From NCBI GenBank assembly GCA_034780895.1, contig JAUZTB010000057.1, forward strand, positions 22,382,419 through 22,446,115: a DNA stretch of 63,697 nucleotides, read 5' to 3'. Below, in pieces: positions 1 to 12,990 of the stretch (position 1 is its first letter; every line of letters begins with the position of its first letter). This DNA is from Rhynchobatus australiae. Taxonomy: Eukaryota. The position numbers were made by a program, and so were the translations under genes. The notes beneath the pieces were generated by a model, which ran no database searches, was not told where the DNA came from, and was given only the letters and a program-made list of their open reading frames with translations.

Positions 1-2080
1 CCCTGGGAACTTGGAAGGTTAAGAGAAATGGTTTAGTAGAGACTCCATCAATCTGTCCTCCCCTAATAAATATCCCAGCAACAAAGGCGGAGCTTGTAAT
101 TGTTAATTGTTTAAATTCCCATCTTACCAGTGACTGAGAGGGGCTTCCACAGATGGGAGTGCTGAATACAAAGGCTTGCCACTGGTGCTACTTATAGAGA
201 ATGTTAGCTGCTTCAGGCATGAATACAACATTCCTATCTAAAGGAAGCTGAATGTTCATGCGAGACCGGGACTTGAAGGGAAAATATAACAAGAATTTAA
301 GTGTTTTTGTTTGCTTTCTTAGCTGAAAATATGAAGCATGATAAATGGAGTTTTGTATCAAATCATCCAAATTTCAGGTCAGCTATAGATTAATTAGTAA
401 TGCCAATAAGGCCTTAAGAAAAAGGTAACACTTGCAAGTTGTTCAACAGTGGAAAACCTAACAATGAACAACTCTCATGCGATGCTGTAGGTGGAATAAA
501 TCGTAAATCACTGAATGTAGAACCCAATGAAATCATAAGATGGAATAAAATAATTCTCTCACATCTGTGATATTCACCGGAATATTCAATTACGTGCAGT
601 GGAGGCAACTACAAATACCTTCCACATAATTTATGACACATTGGGATGTATTAAAATAGATCAAAACTGCAGAAGTTTGTTAGAAATAACCTTTTTATCT
701 ACTTTCCAGATTAAGGAACCTCAAGAGCATTTACAGATTTTTATTTATATTCCCATCTGTTTTAAATCCTTCCATTCCTGCACCCCAACTATTATGTCTC
801 CTCCTTCGGACTGGAGTGCTCATACAGCCNNNNNNNNNNNNNTCCATGATCATTGGCCAGAAAATGTAGGTCATGAAAGAAAGCACTTGCCAGGTATGGA
901 GATGTGGCCGATTCCAAGTTCAGTTCTGTACTGAATAACTGAGCAGTCAAATCGAAAAATACTTCCACGATAGAATTAAATTGATACAACTTCTGCTGAA
1001 AAAAAATCACTGAGCTCTAATGAGGAACGCACTGAGAACTCCATCTTTGGTGACTTCTTTGCATTGAAGGGATATCTATTTCAATTATTCATGTGCAGTT
1101 GTGATGTTAGTGTAAAACTGCTCTTTGCTCCATTAGCAACATTAATCACAACAAAACCTTTGGCAGCTTATTTTTGGCTAGAAACTATCTTTAACTCGAG
1201 TTAAAAGATATCCACTAATCAATACATTTTGGGATTCTCTACATGCGCACAGGCAAAAGGTTTCTGGTCAAAATCAAAACGTGTTCAAGTTGGAATAAAC
1301 AGCAGCAGTACCTTGCAGATATTACTGCCATTGCGAGCAAAATCCAGCTGAACCCACAACCCTTCCACAGTAAATCCTGGAGACAGCTCTCCAGCTGACC
1401 TACATTGTGGAACATCTTAGCTGCAGGTCATCAAATAAAAGCAAGAAAGAACAGGGTGCAAGGACATAAAGCTAGATAATATTTTTGGAAAGAAGGAATG
1501 TAGGTTATTGTTATTTTTTGATTAAGTATGTACATTTTCCAGTGCACAAGTACAGCTCCTGCTTTTGCTCTCTGCCCTTTATCTTGAACTTGCCAATCAT
1601 AGACACAACATGATTACGATGTGCTGTATCAGCTGAGGGACATTTAGGTTGATAGTTTCATACTGGGAATGCATCTTTTTGTTTCACTTCTGCTTTGACG
1701 AATCATGGGGAAATTGTTACGACATTGTTTTTTTCACCAGCAAACAACCACGTCGCCAAGTAATTCACCATAGATCAAGAACTTGGACGCTTTTCTGAGA
1801 AATACAACAAGGCACATCATAAATTAAAGTTTTTCTTGCTTTATGGTTTATCTTTATCTTTCAGATTGCTTCATTAAGAACTTTGTGTTTATTATTTTAA
1901 CCCAAATATTAGGCTTCCTCAGTCTATATTTCATATTCTTTTCTCCTTTTCCGGGTTCATCAAAGCAAGGGATGTTAGGTCAAGGTAATGGGATATTTCC
2001 CCATTTCAGACAATGTCCCAGGATCAGCAGTGAACAATTCCAGAAAACTTGGTTGTATGTACTTGAGCCAGTACCAGCTA

Positions 2081-2527
2081 CAGAAAAAAATCTAATAATC
2101 TGGTATCCAATTGTTTGGAAATCCCTATAGCTGGGCATCGGATTTACTTTAGTATCAGTAACTAAACAAGCTTATTCCAGTCCAGTCCATCCTTTACTGT
2201 GCTGAATAGTTATGAATATGAAGTGAATAGCTGAATATTGTTCATTTCACATCATTTTTTTCCAGTCACCTCCAATTCATAAACAATTCTAATGCAAGTT
2301 GTATTATTTTATTGCTTTATTATTGAAAATCAGTAATACAACTTTAATATAGACCACATTAGCTTACATAATGTATATCTATTTACTCTATTACTGAATT
2401 TGTAAATATATTGCTGTGTAAAATAGAAAAGCTTTTGGATATTAATAGGAGTAACAACCAATAGTCCAGAAAATCTGCTAGTCCAGCATGAAAATCCTGA
2501 CGGTGCTGATTTATTGGAGTTTTACTG
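2081..2527. mobile_element. Tc1/mariner (pogo/Tigger-like) MITE, decayed
   Basis: Imperfect TIRs: CAGAAAAAAATCTAATAATC versus the reverse complement of the right end, CAGTAAAACTCCAATAAATC. Flanked by TA on both sides. Subterminal sequence is shared with 30624-31012. Confidence 0.65.
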
Positions 2528-3747
2528 TACAAACTGCTGCAGAATAAAGCTCCCCCTACTGTGCATCAACATTGTACTTGAATCCTGGTCAAACAAACAC
2601 TCTGTGCTGAAGCAGCAGGAATTTTCATTACTCTCCCTGTTCCGCCACTGAAGACCAATTGAGAAATTAGTTCCATAAACCTTGTGTTTAAGATGAAAGA
2701 ATGTACATTTCCCTTTGCAGCAAACAATCTTTTCAATAAGTTACAGGAATATATTACTTTGGAACGAACTAGGTCTTTAACAGCTGTTAATTTCTGCCAT
2801 TTCCAGCACAACAGTCAAAATCTCATTTCCTTTGGAAATTATTTAATTTTATTATGCATGAGTAAACATGCTAGAGAGCTATCCCAGAAGTACAAACATC
2901 AGTGTCTTAAAGAAACTTTCACAACGTTAATTTTCGGTTGTGCAAGATGAAAAATAGCAATTGTAAGCACAGTGCTTACCCAATGGTTGTCCCTCATGGG
3001 ATAATGGAATCTGTCACAGTTTTATAATTATTTGCAGATGCAATTTCGGCCAAAGGTTCCCAACTGTTCACCAAAGTAATTTTGAAAATGATGAAAAGTA
3101 TTTTACCAACTAGGATGCCCTGTGAACCTTCTTTCTAATTGTTTTGGGTCTCTTACTGAACTTAGCTAAATGAATTATTTCATTCACATACACTTACGCC
3201 ACTAACACTCACAACATAATCGAATCCCACTGCAGCATAATTGGGGGGGGTGGGGGGGGTGTGGGGAAGAGGCAAAACCAGAGAACTGAATTTTTAACCA
3301 TGTACACTGCAAGAAAAATCAGGTGTCCAGTCACATTAGACTTCTTTTATATTCTTGCTACTCTTGATGGGAATGGGGAAAGCAGGGTTTTGTTTGCTGT
3401 TCAACTCTAAAATCGGTGGTGTGAATTGGTGAAGCTATTATAGAATCACCATACGTCTCGGGGAAGCAACTTGAGACAGGAAACAGATCTTCACTATAGG
3501 GCATGAGAAAGGTTTCTTGCCAAATGATAGCCAATTCTGCTCCACAATCAATTTACTTTCTCCTTGACTTCAGTGAAAAAGATTTGGCCACTGCAATATT
3601 AACTGGCAATTAATTGGCAAAGACCGTTTTCTATCACTGGAGGTTCCTAGTGGACATCTGGCCAATGTGGCTCAAGTCAAAGCTTTGTGGGAATAATGGT
3701 GAAATTCACATCTTGTCCTTCCAATCTTTCTGAGAAATAGTTATTTT

Positions 3748-4135
3748 AAAGAAAGAAGGCATTGCATTTATAAAGCAGATCTCTCTTCAGTGTTTCCCAG
3801 CCCATTTCTCAGCCAGTGAGATGCCTTAGGAATGTAGTCACCATTGCAATGTAGCAAAAATAGCAGCCAATTTGTGCACAGCAAGATCCCACAAAAAGCC
3901 AAGTAAAATCCATTCTCCATTCTAAATGTTGATTTAAGGATACCAGAGAAAACCCTTGCTTTTCTTTGAATTAGTACCATGGGATATTTGAGAGAGCAGT
4001 CTGTTTAACATTTAAAAGAGTTTCACCTCTCCATGTGACATGAAGTGCCAGCCTAAATTGTGTTCTCAAGTCATTGGGCTGGAACTTGAACTCAGAATCT
4101 TCTGGCCCAGAAATGAGAATGCTGCTCAGCAAGGT
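3748..4135 (-). mobile_element. DeuSINE (SacSINE1/AmnSINE1-like)
   Basis: Minus strand reads the Deu-domain hallmark TTTGTGGGATCTTGCTGTGCACAAATTGGCTGC, a tRNA-like head with B-box-like GAGTTCAAGTTCC, and a tail ...ATAAATGCAATGCCTTCTTTCTTT. Confidence 0.75.
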
Positions 4136-5044
4136 ACAATTCAGCTTATAGATCACAAAACACCCTTCAAGACTGACAAAACAGTTCTGTACCACTGAAT
4201 GAACTTGGACATAGGAATACTAGCAAACTTGTCTGAATCTGGTACAACAGCCTCTTTGCTGCCAACATTTAATTTATGGAATCCAAATTAGATTCTGGAG
4301 AATCTCAACTGCAAATCAGTGGCTTCAATGAGGCAACATTTCAAGCCCTCTTCTATGTTTCCAGGTTTATAACAGAATTACAGGAAAATTAGATCTCAAG
4401 AGAAAAGGGCATGGTACACTGAACAAAACTAGCCTTTTAGTAATTTTTCATCTTCTTTGAAACAATGAGTAATAGAAGCATCTGCAAATATTTCATCTCA
4501 TTTAATGTCCATAAAGGAGCTTGCCAGAGTCTATCAAGAGCTGCACTGATGTAAACCTGTGTTGTCCAACTGTGGTGCGCATTCCCTTAGCAGGCCTTGA
4601 CAATTTCGGGTGGTCCATGAAGCTTTGATTGAGGTAATTCAGTTCCCTGGGAATCCCTGGGACAGTCCCAGTTCCTTAAAAGAAGCAGCTTGTGACTTCA
4701 GGCATTTATGTGTTCCACCAAGACTCAAAAAGTGAGACTTTCTTCAAAAAGATTGAGATAATTCATTTTATGATTTGTCACTTGCACAGAATGGACTTTT
4801 GTGAAATTTCTTTAATGGATGTTTGCTAAATGTTCACTGCCAACCTTTCCTTGATTTCCACCCTTGGGTGGATTGTGAAGGATGTGGATTGGGTAGTCTT
4901 TGAATTTTAGCTACCCTGAAATATTTACACTGTCTGGGAGGAGGGAGGGGGCTTCACCTGCCTGATCAAGTTGCTCCAAGGCCATTTTTTAAAAAAGCAG
5001 GCTGATTCTTTTCACATTGGTAACCGACTGCTTGAGGGTGAAAG

Positions 5045-5690
5045 CAACAAACAAGATGCTGGAGGAACTCAGTGGGTCAGACAGCATACGTGGAGGGAAA
5101 TGGAAAGTAGATGTTTTAGGTCAAGAGCCTTCATCTGGACTGAAAGATAGAGGAGAGACGGTCAGTCTGCGGTAGTGAGCCTGGGTGAGAATATGGTCGA
5201 AGAGCAGGAGTGCAACAAACATGATGCTGGAAGAACTCAGCAGACCTGGCAGCATCTGTGGAGGGAAATGGGCAGTCCACATTTCACTGCGAAGTCTCTT
5301 CAAGGTACGCACAGTTTGAAGAAGTTTTCCTCCTCTCTGACGGGAGTTCTCTGAGACTCTCTCTCATAGCTGCCCCTCTGATTTCTCCTAGTCTTCAACC
5401 ACATTTTCTCCCAGACTCGCTACCACAGACTGCTCATCTCCCTTCTATTACTCGGTCCAGATGAAAAGCCACAGCCCAAGATGTCCTGAAGATGGGTCCT
5501 GACCGGAAATGTTGACTGCCTGTTTTTCTCCGTGGATGCTGCCTGGCCTGCTGAGTTCCTCCAGCATCATCACGTTTTTCACCAAAATGTCGACTGTCCG
5601 ATTCCCTCCAGAGCTCTGCCTGACCCACTGAGTTCCTCCAGCATCTTGTGCGTTGCTCCAGATTCCTCCATCTGCAGCCTCGTGTCTTCA
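5045..5690. mobile_element. Cluster of four Penelope-like terminal-repeat fragments in nested inverted arrangement
   Basis: GATGCTGGAGGAACTCAG...GGCAGCATC...GGAGGGAAATGG occurs at ~5055 and ~5223, and as reverse complement at ~5535-5570 and ~5620-5648. Each copy adjoins a hammerhead-like core. Confidence 0.8.
5483..5516 (+). ncRNA. Minimal type I hammerhead ribozyme motif (Penelope-associated), best-preserved copy in the window
   Basis: GTC-CTGAAGA-tgGGTCctGACCg-GAAA-t-GTT-GAC: helix I gtc/gac, CUGANGA core, helix II ggtc/gacc, GAAA, vestigial helix III, NUH triplet GUU. Activity unknown. Confidence 0.6.
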
Positions 5691-7804
5691 CTTTTCTTTT
5701 GGATAAAGATTTATACCAACACCACAAACACCCTGCTGGAAGAGGTGGTGGAGGCAGGGATTCCCAAAACATTCAAGAATTATTAAGATGAGTGCTCGAA
5801 TTTCCAAGGCAAAGAAAGCTACAGACCAAGTGCTGGTAAATGGGAAAAATGTTTGTCTTAAGTAGTAGGTTAAGTGATTTGGAAAAGACCATAGAGCTAA
5901 GGACTTAGCTCCATTCCCGAACCCCTTTACCAGGCTGTCAGTATCTTCTCTCCACCAAGAGACTCCACAGTTTCCTCTCACACAAGGCAGCAGCTCAGTA
6001 AAACTTTCACAGTGTCAACATGTCACTAGATTTGGCTTGGCCAAAGTATGTCTGTTTACAGAATGTTTCTGGCATGAGGCAGAAACAGAAAAACATTTTG
6101 TCAAATAACCGGAAAGGAGCTCTGCAAATGACCAGATTTTGGATGGACCAAGGGGGACTTCTGAGTGCATTGCAAAAACAAGCTATTCGTAGACCTTCAG
6201 GAACCTTCAATTGCATCAGCTGTCTCACTGGAAAATGTATTTAAAATAAGACAAACAACATGATCGTACAAAAATGATTAATGATTTGAGGCTTGTTTCC
6301 TGTTCTGCCAGCACATTCAGAAAAATCTTACACAACTCAGTAAACTGATGAGCCCTGAAATAGGATCTGATCATCAAAATGTGGGGGGAATACCAGTAAT
6401 GTGAAGAACAGTTCAACAGTCTGCTGATGAGACATGTCTCAGCACCTTTAACTAGCCACCATATCAAATTTCTCTGAACTCATCATTTGCAGTCTTGTTC
6501 TGAGCCCTGGCCCAAACTTTTCAAGTTTAGACTGGGACTTTTAGCATCTCTGCTAATGCAGTTCAAACATCTTTTCCCCAAGCCTTTTTTCTCGCACTCC
6601 ATTTTGGGGTTAGGTCATAATGCGGTTGAAGGAAAAATGTCATCTGGTAAACAAATTTATTTTGAAAGAGTAAAGGAATAAAACAAACTTAATGACAACC
6701 ATTCCTATCCTCTCATCATTATAGGGAAAAGATTCCAGTCATGCACAACTTATCCAGTGTTACTGGGGAGAGAATGCTGTTCTGCAGAAAGATTAATCAT
6801 TCAAAGATACCTTGTCCACAATGCTCTGTGCTGAACTTTACTGCCACTTTTAATTCCCATTGGGGGACAGTGTGGTCAACGATATATCTAAACATTGCAT
6901 GTATTTTGCATTTGACATACCATCATTGTGAGTGGCATGTCTTTTTGAGTTACTGAAGACATTGGGTCAGAATATCGCTCACCATCAAATGAGGAATAGA
7001 TCATGGAGGAAGTCAATAGTCACATATGACGTAAAGGATGCTCGCCGGGAAATGGAATTTACAATCACTGAGTTCCCCTTATTCGTTTCCATGTGCGGCC
7101 TTTTCCACAGAGGCAGCACTGGAAAAGATTGCAGCACCTCTTGGCCCTTGAAGGTGCTTATGTTAGTTGTGGTGGCATTGGCTCAATCACAGCCTGTGGA
7201 CTGTCCACACTGTGTGGCACTCCATCAGGATTCTACTGCACTTTCCGAAGAACAAAGCCCTGATTTCCCCCTTACCCTCCCCTCCACAGAAACCTTGATG
7301 CTCCCGGTGTGGCTGATGTGGAGAGTGAATTCTGATGGAGGTGACCCAGTGCGTGTGTGTGCGTGACACAGTACTGGAAGCTCTACAGTGTTTCCAAATG
7401 GGAAAGAACCACAACAGCCATTTCTTAACACAAGGATGTCACAATTTTGTTATTTTTTTAAAAAAAGCCCTCCAATTTAACATTAGGGTTAAAACAGAAA
7501 TGCACCAAAAATGAATGAAATCTAAATCTTATGCTCTAATCTCTTTTTTTTAAAAAAGCACTGAAGAAAATGTCTGTAAATCTCATTCTCTATTAAATGC
7601 ATATTTTTCCTATTATCCTCTTCACACTTAGCTAAAATTCATGAATAAGACTATGTAACTGTTCCATCACTGCTCTCTGAAGCTTCACTTGTGGCTTTTT
7701 CCTTCCAAAATGAGGCTAAACAGTGTGCCCGCAAGGTACTCAGCGAGGGGAGGGTTGTAATCCAAGCCTGATCCGACTCATAAACACCGACCATTGGGAA
7801 ATAC

Positions 7805-8180
7805 TCAAGAAGTGGGAGACCCAAGTGATCATTGAAACTCACGACACAGGAGGCCATTCAGTCCATTGTACATGTGCATGTCAAAAAAAAAGAGCTACCA
7901 AGCCTAATAACACTTTCCAGCACGAGGTCTCTAGCCCTCAGGGCCACGGTTCTTCAATACACATCCACGTGCTGTTAAATGTGATGGAGGTTTCTGTCTT
8001 GATTGTCCTTTCAGGAAAACCATTCCAGGCTCCTAGCACTCTCCTTTTCCTTATTTCCTTTCTACCAAATCACTTTTAATCCCCTAGTTTTTGACACCAC
8101 ATGTGGTGAAAATAGATCCTTCCTATTTTCTGCATCTAGGCCTCTCGTAATTCAGTTCAATTAACTCTCCATTCTCCTCC
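7805..8180 (-). mobile_element. CR1-clade LINE 3' fragment, decayed
   Basis: Typical 3' tail (..ACACAGGAGGCCATTCAGTCCAT..) followed by pyrimidine-rich antisense ORF2 C-terminal remnants shared with the other CR1 copies in the window. Confidence 0.6.
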
Positions 8181-8744
8181 CTGGCTTACGGCTATTCAAA
8201 GCTCATTACAATTCCAGCACCACCACTTCCCCCCAGCTGCGATCAGCTAGTTTTGCAACAAAGCAGCAATCAGACCCCATACTTTCGTCAATACCAGAAA
8301 CAGATGGGGCATTTTCTTTTTAAGCTGCTAGGCAAATAAAGATTTCCATTCAATTTGTTGCTTTGGCATACACCTCTGCCACACACCTCTGCCACCAATA
8401 AATAGGGAAGGAAAAGGACAGTAAAACACAGGAAATGAAGGAGCAAACAAACTTCTCCTGGCCCCCCTCCCGAGCACTGTGATCTGTCCCACCCTCCCGA
8501 CCCCACCCCACCCCACCACCACTCTTGTCAATTATCTGCTGATTTGTCAAATGAAAGCCAAATGTGTTGGCAGGCACACACGTGGGCCCCACTGAAAATA
8601 AAAATAATACTGCCAGTTTTTGCTGCACCTCCTGCTCGGAATTTTCTTTGATCTGAACTCTGACTACGTAGTGCACAGTGCGGAGAAACAGACGAGGACC
8701 CACACTGTTTGTTGTGCATACTAATGACTTGGATACAAATGTAC

Positions 8745-10600
8745 AAGAGCACAAGAAAATACAAGCAGACATAGGCCACTAGGTCCATTAAGCTTGCCCT
8801 GCCATTCAATGTGATCATGGCTCATCTATGCTGTCCTCAACTCCTATCCTGTATCAGCTCCCCATAACCCTCAATTCCTCGATCTTTCAAATATTTATCT
8901 GTCTCCACCTTAAATATATCTAATGATCAAACTTTCACCATAGTCAAGGATGAGAATTCCAGACAGAATAATTTCCATGCACCTCCGTTTTAAAAGATTG
9001 GCCCCTTATTTTGTAGCTATGTCCCCTTGTTTATGACTCTCCCACTAGTGAGAGCATCTTAACATCTACCCTGTCAAGCTCTCGCATGATCTTAAAACAG
9101 AACACTGGAAGTCAGCAGATCAAGCACACCTGCAGAGGCAAAAACTGTATGTTGACATTTCAGGTCAAGACCCTCCATCAGGACTGAGAGAGAAGAGGAA
9201 AGATGACTGGTAATATAGCAGAAAACAGGGGTGGGACCGAGGCAGATGAAGGTGCCTTTAGATGAAGGTGAAGGAAGATGAAGAGGCAGACGTGATAGGT
9301 GGAACCAGATGAAGAGGAGATGCTGGGCAGATGGAACCAGGTTGGGGAGGTGAGGAAGGGATGGGAAAGGTGAACAAAGGGAAAAGAAGGTTAGGTGAAG
9401 AGGAGCATGTGTGGGAGGGTGGCACTGGGGATGTGGGCGACTTGAAACAGTTACAAGCTATCCAAGCAGAATACGAGATGTTGTTCTTCCAATTTGTGAT
9501 TGGCCTCTCCGTAGCAATGGTCAAAGTCAAGGACAGACAGATCAATGTGGGAGTGGGAAGGAGAGTCAAAATGACATGCAACCCTACAGTCTCTAGTCTT
9601 CATCCCCCTAGGATCTTGTATGTTTGAATAATGTCACCCTTCATTCTTCTAAACTCAAAGACCCAAACTATCTTGCCTCTTTTGATAGGGTAATCCTCTC
9701 AGCCCAGGAATTAGCCCGGTGAATCTCCTTTGGACTGCCTCCAATGCTACCATGTCCTTCTTTAGGTAATGGACCAAAACTGTGCATAGTGTTCCAGGTG
9801 TGGCCTCACCAACACCCTGTACAACTGTAATAAAACCTCCATATTCTTAAGCTCTACTTCCTTGACAATAAAGGCCAATATGCCATTTGTCTTCTAATCT
9901 ACTTGTCAGACCTGCCTGCTAACTAGAAAACCTAGATTCCTCCAAACTTTACTCATTTTCAGTCTCTCTCCATTTAGATAATAATCCCTTTTGATTCCTC
10001 TTACCAAAGTGTATGACCTCACTCTTCCCCACATTAAACTTCATTTGCCAGGTTTTCGCCCCATCACTCAATCTATATCCCATTAAAAAATTATAATATG
10101 ACTTCCACCTACATTACGTTCTCTCCTCAGGTCATTAATGTAAACAGGAAACAATTAAGGGTCAAGAACTGTTACGTCTCTCCAGCCTGAAAAGAATCCA
10201 TTAATTCCAACTCTTTATTTTCCATGTGACAGCCAGTTTCCAATCCACATTAACACGCTTCCTCCATTACCTTGGGCTTTTTATTTATGTACCAACCTCT
10301 TAGGTGGCACCTTGTCAAATGCCATTTGGGAATCTAAATACACTACATCTACAAAGGTCCCCTCTATCAATTCTCCCTTTCACATCTTCAAAGAAGTCGA
10401 ACAAACTTGTCAAACACAATTTACCTTTCATAAAACTGTCGACTAGGTTTGAGCATGTTCAGCTTTCCCAAACGATTAGTTATTTTGTCTTAGATTATTG
10501 ACTCTAGCACCCTTCTAACAATGTATGTTCAGCTAACTGCCCTACTGTTCCCTGCCTTCCATTTTCCTCCCTTTTTGAAGAAAGGAGCCACATTGCATGT
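8745..10600 (-). mobile_element. CR1-clade LINE, 5'-truncated, interrupted by a Penelope-like insertion at ~9095-9590
   Basis: 3' tail at 8745-8830. Antisense RT remnants include ACCAAAACTGTGCATAGTGTTCCAGGTGTGGCCT (RPHLEYCVQFW-like) and ACCTTGTCAAATGCC...AATCTAAATACAC (VYLDF.KAFDKV-like). Confidence 0.8.
9095..9590 (-). mobile_element. Penelope-like element 3' fragment: GIY-YIG endonuclease C-terminus, pyrimidine-rich tract, terminal repeat with hammerhead remnant
   Basis: Minus 9582-9451 translates VACHFDSPSHSHIDLSVLDFDHCYGEANHKLEEQHLVFCLDSL*, resembling the PLE endonuclease tail (VA.HFN...H......R...E..LI..L.TL.P). Downstream lies CAGTC-CTGATGG-AGGGTCTTGACCT-GAAA-T-GTC at ~9150-9186. Confidence 0.8.
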
Positions 10601-12024
10601 TTTGCAATTTTCTGTTGCCTTCTGTGAATTTTTCAAGGTGTGCAACAGAATATCACTCTAGTGAATAGTCATGTGCTGCATTGGTGAAGTGAGTCACATG
10701 ATTGACAGTTGACAGGACTGGGATAGTCTCTCTCTGCATTTGTGCGTAAGTTTTCATGGCCACCCCAAATCACTGTACAAAGAATGGGCTACTTTGAAAG
10801 CAGTTACTGTTGTTTTATAGGCATTGTTAACTGGCGTCATTACTACAACTTCATCAATAAATTGCAACCAAGAAAATGCCACATTCAGTGTTGGGTGTTG
10901 AAGAGTTTGGGCTAATCTGCATTTGATTAAATTTATTTTGTGGATTCTTTGTGAGAATTTCCATACAACTGGTGTCATTTAGCACTAAGATGTTCCATTT
11001 GTTGTTCTGTGGGAAAACCGCTTTTGTTGACAGCAAAACCTCAAAATATAATTACATCAGGAGAAAATAACTGAACAGCAACAATATGCTCTGAATAATA
11101 AAGACAATTAAAATTCTTCTGCTATTTCCAGCAACTATATATTGCAATTGATTAACGCAGAAAATGAGGTAAAACATAATGCAGGCACATGGTGCAGAGA
11201 GGTTGTTACTGGACCAAAACCTGGAAGCCTCTTACATACTGCAAAGAGCAACCTTGAAGTTCCATTAAAAGATAAGAATTTGCCTTCTGAATCACAGAAG
11301 ATGTTCAGTTTGTGAATGTGTAAGTTAATTTTAGTGCAACATTTCAAGAGCATTTTGGATGAAATTTCCTGACTGCCCCATTCTCTCTAGGTCAGGAGGA
11401 ATACCGATACAAGGGATGTGCCTTCAACATGGTAACTCCAAGGTATAACAAACACAATGTCACACTTGTGACACAGTAATGTATTTAATGCAATTGACAT
11501 AATTCTAATTTTGCTGTTCTGAGGCTGTTTTGCTATCTGGTTCTTAATGAAGTCAGCCTGAGGTGCATTGGCATTACTCATTGAGAATTCCACCTGCAAA
11601 ATATGTGGTACTGAAGAGATAGTCTTCGTTTTCCTCTCCAACAAAGTCAGTGATCCAGTGACTGCTGGCCTTGGCAAGATTCTGAACCATACCTGGAGCA
11701 TCCTCCAGCAGTGGGCTGATCAAAATGTGTTGCAACATCCATCCCTCAGAGCACTCGGACACTGGCATTTCACCATGTTGACTCCTGCTTGGATACAGAG
11801 ACTTTGTGGTGCCTTCCAAGAGGTTCACTTCTCTGCCTTTGCAAAATGCTGCCCGAATCTTCCTAACTCTTCAACAAGAAGAATCCAAATCATAGCCCTG
11901 GGAGTCTTTTCAATGGCTGATCCTTGGTTACTGTTCACCAAGCCTACAACAGTGGAAGGGCCCTTTGGTTCTTGCCATGGGCCAATGCCACTTTCAACAC
12001 ATACAGTCATGAAACTATGCTAGA

Positions 12025-12275
12025 GGCAGGCATGGTAGTGTAGCGGTTAGCATAACACTTTACGGTGCCAGTGACCCGTGTTCAATTCCGGCCGCTGTCT
12101 GTAGGAGTTTGTACGTTCTCCCCGTGTCTGTGTGGGTTTCCTCTGGGTGCTCCGGTTTCCTCCCACATTCCAAAGACATATAGGTAGGTTAATTTGGGGT
12201 TTAAAATGGGCGGCACGGACTCGTTGGGCCGGAAGGGCCTGTTACCGTGCTGTAAATAAAACTAAAAAAAACTTT
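12025..12275 (+). mobile_element. Near full-length tRNA-derived V-SINE (HE1-related, short subfamily)
   Basis: A-box-like TGGTAGTGTAGCGG, B-box GTTCAATTCC, V-domain TGGGTTTCCTCTGGGTGCTCCGGTTTCCTCCCACA, CR1-type tail GGGCCGGAAGGGCCTGTTACCGTGCTGTA, A-rich end. Confidence 0.9.
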
Positions 12276-12689
12276 AAAATGTTGCCCAATCTAAACGACC
12301 ACAGCACCAAATCTGGTAAGTTCACCATAGCCCCGAAACCTACCCATCCTGCAGCCAATGACATTCCTTGTCCATCTACCTACCTACTCACCAAATTACT
12401 CTGTATCCTATCATTGTGTGAATTAAGCCTGAGCAGTGAGCACCAAGCCCTCAGCCACCCAGCTCATCGTCTCATTATATCTTTACCCACCCAGCTACTC
12501 ACATCATTCTGCCTAACCTAGCAGTTAATCTCTCAATTCTTTTCAAACCTTCGATCTGATTTATCCATCTGTCCACAGTCCTTAAAACTCAGCCTTCGTC
12601 ATGATCTACATCACGTCCTTACCACAGCCATCTGCCACCACCTCACCATATCCCTAAACACCACCTCCCATTTCTCTCAATCTTTCCCA

Positions 12690-12990
12690 CGTTCATATCC
12701 AAATTGTTAATGTATATGACAAACAGTAGGGCTCCAGCAGTGGTCCCTGTGGTACGCCACTGGCCATGGTCTTCCAATCACAGAAGCAACCCTCCACCTT
12801 CACCCTCTGCCTCCTATTAACACTCCAATTTTGGATCCGATTTCCCGACTCACTTTGAATCCTATGGCCTCTAACCTTTTGGATCAGTTACCATGTGGGA
12901 TCTTACTGAGGTCCATGTAAACTACATCATCTGCACTTACCCTCTTCAATACATGTAGTTACCTTTTCATAATATTCAATCCAAATCAAT
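12690..12990 (-). mobile_element. CR1 reverse transcriptase fragment
   Basis: Minus strand encodes GVPQGPLLEPLLFVIYINNLD, a decayed GVPQGSVLGPLLF.IYINDLD. Confidence 0.75.

Noticed and set aside
3520-3660. Short LF-SINE-like words (GTTCCTAGTGGACA, TGGCAATTAATTGGCA)
   Set aside because: The order does not match the consensus as I recall it, and the matches are too short.
12025-12100. tRNA-like A/B boxes (also at 55037 and others)
   Set aside because: SINE heads continuing into V-domain and LINE-type tails, not tRNA genes.
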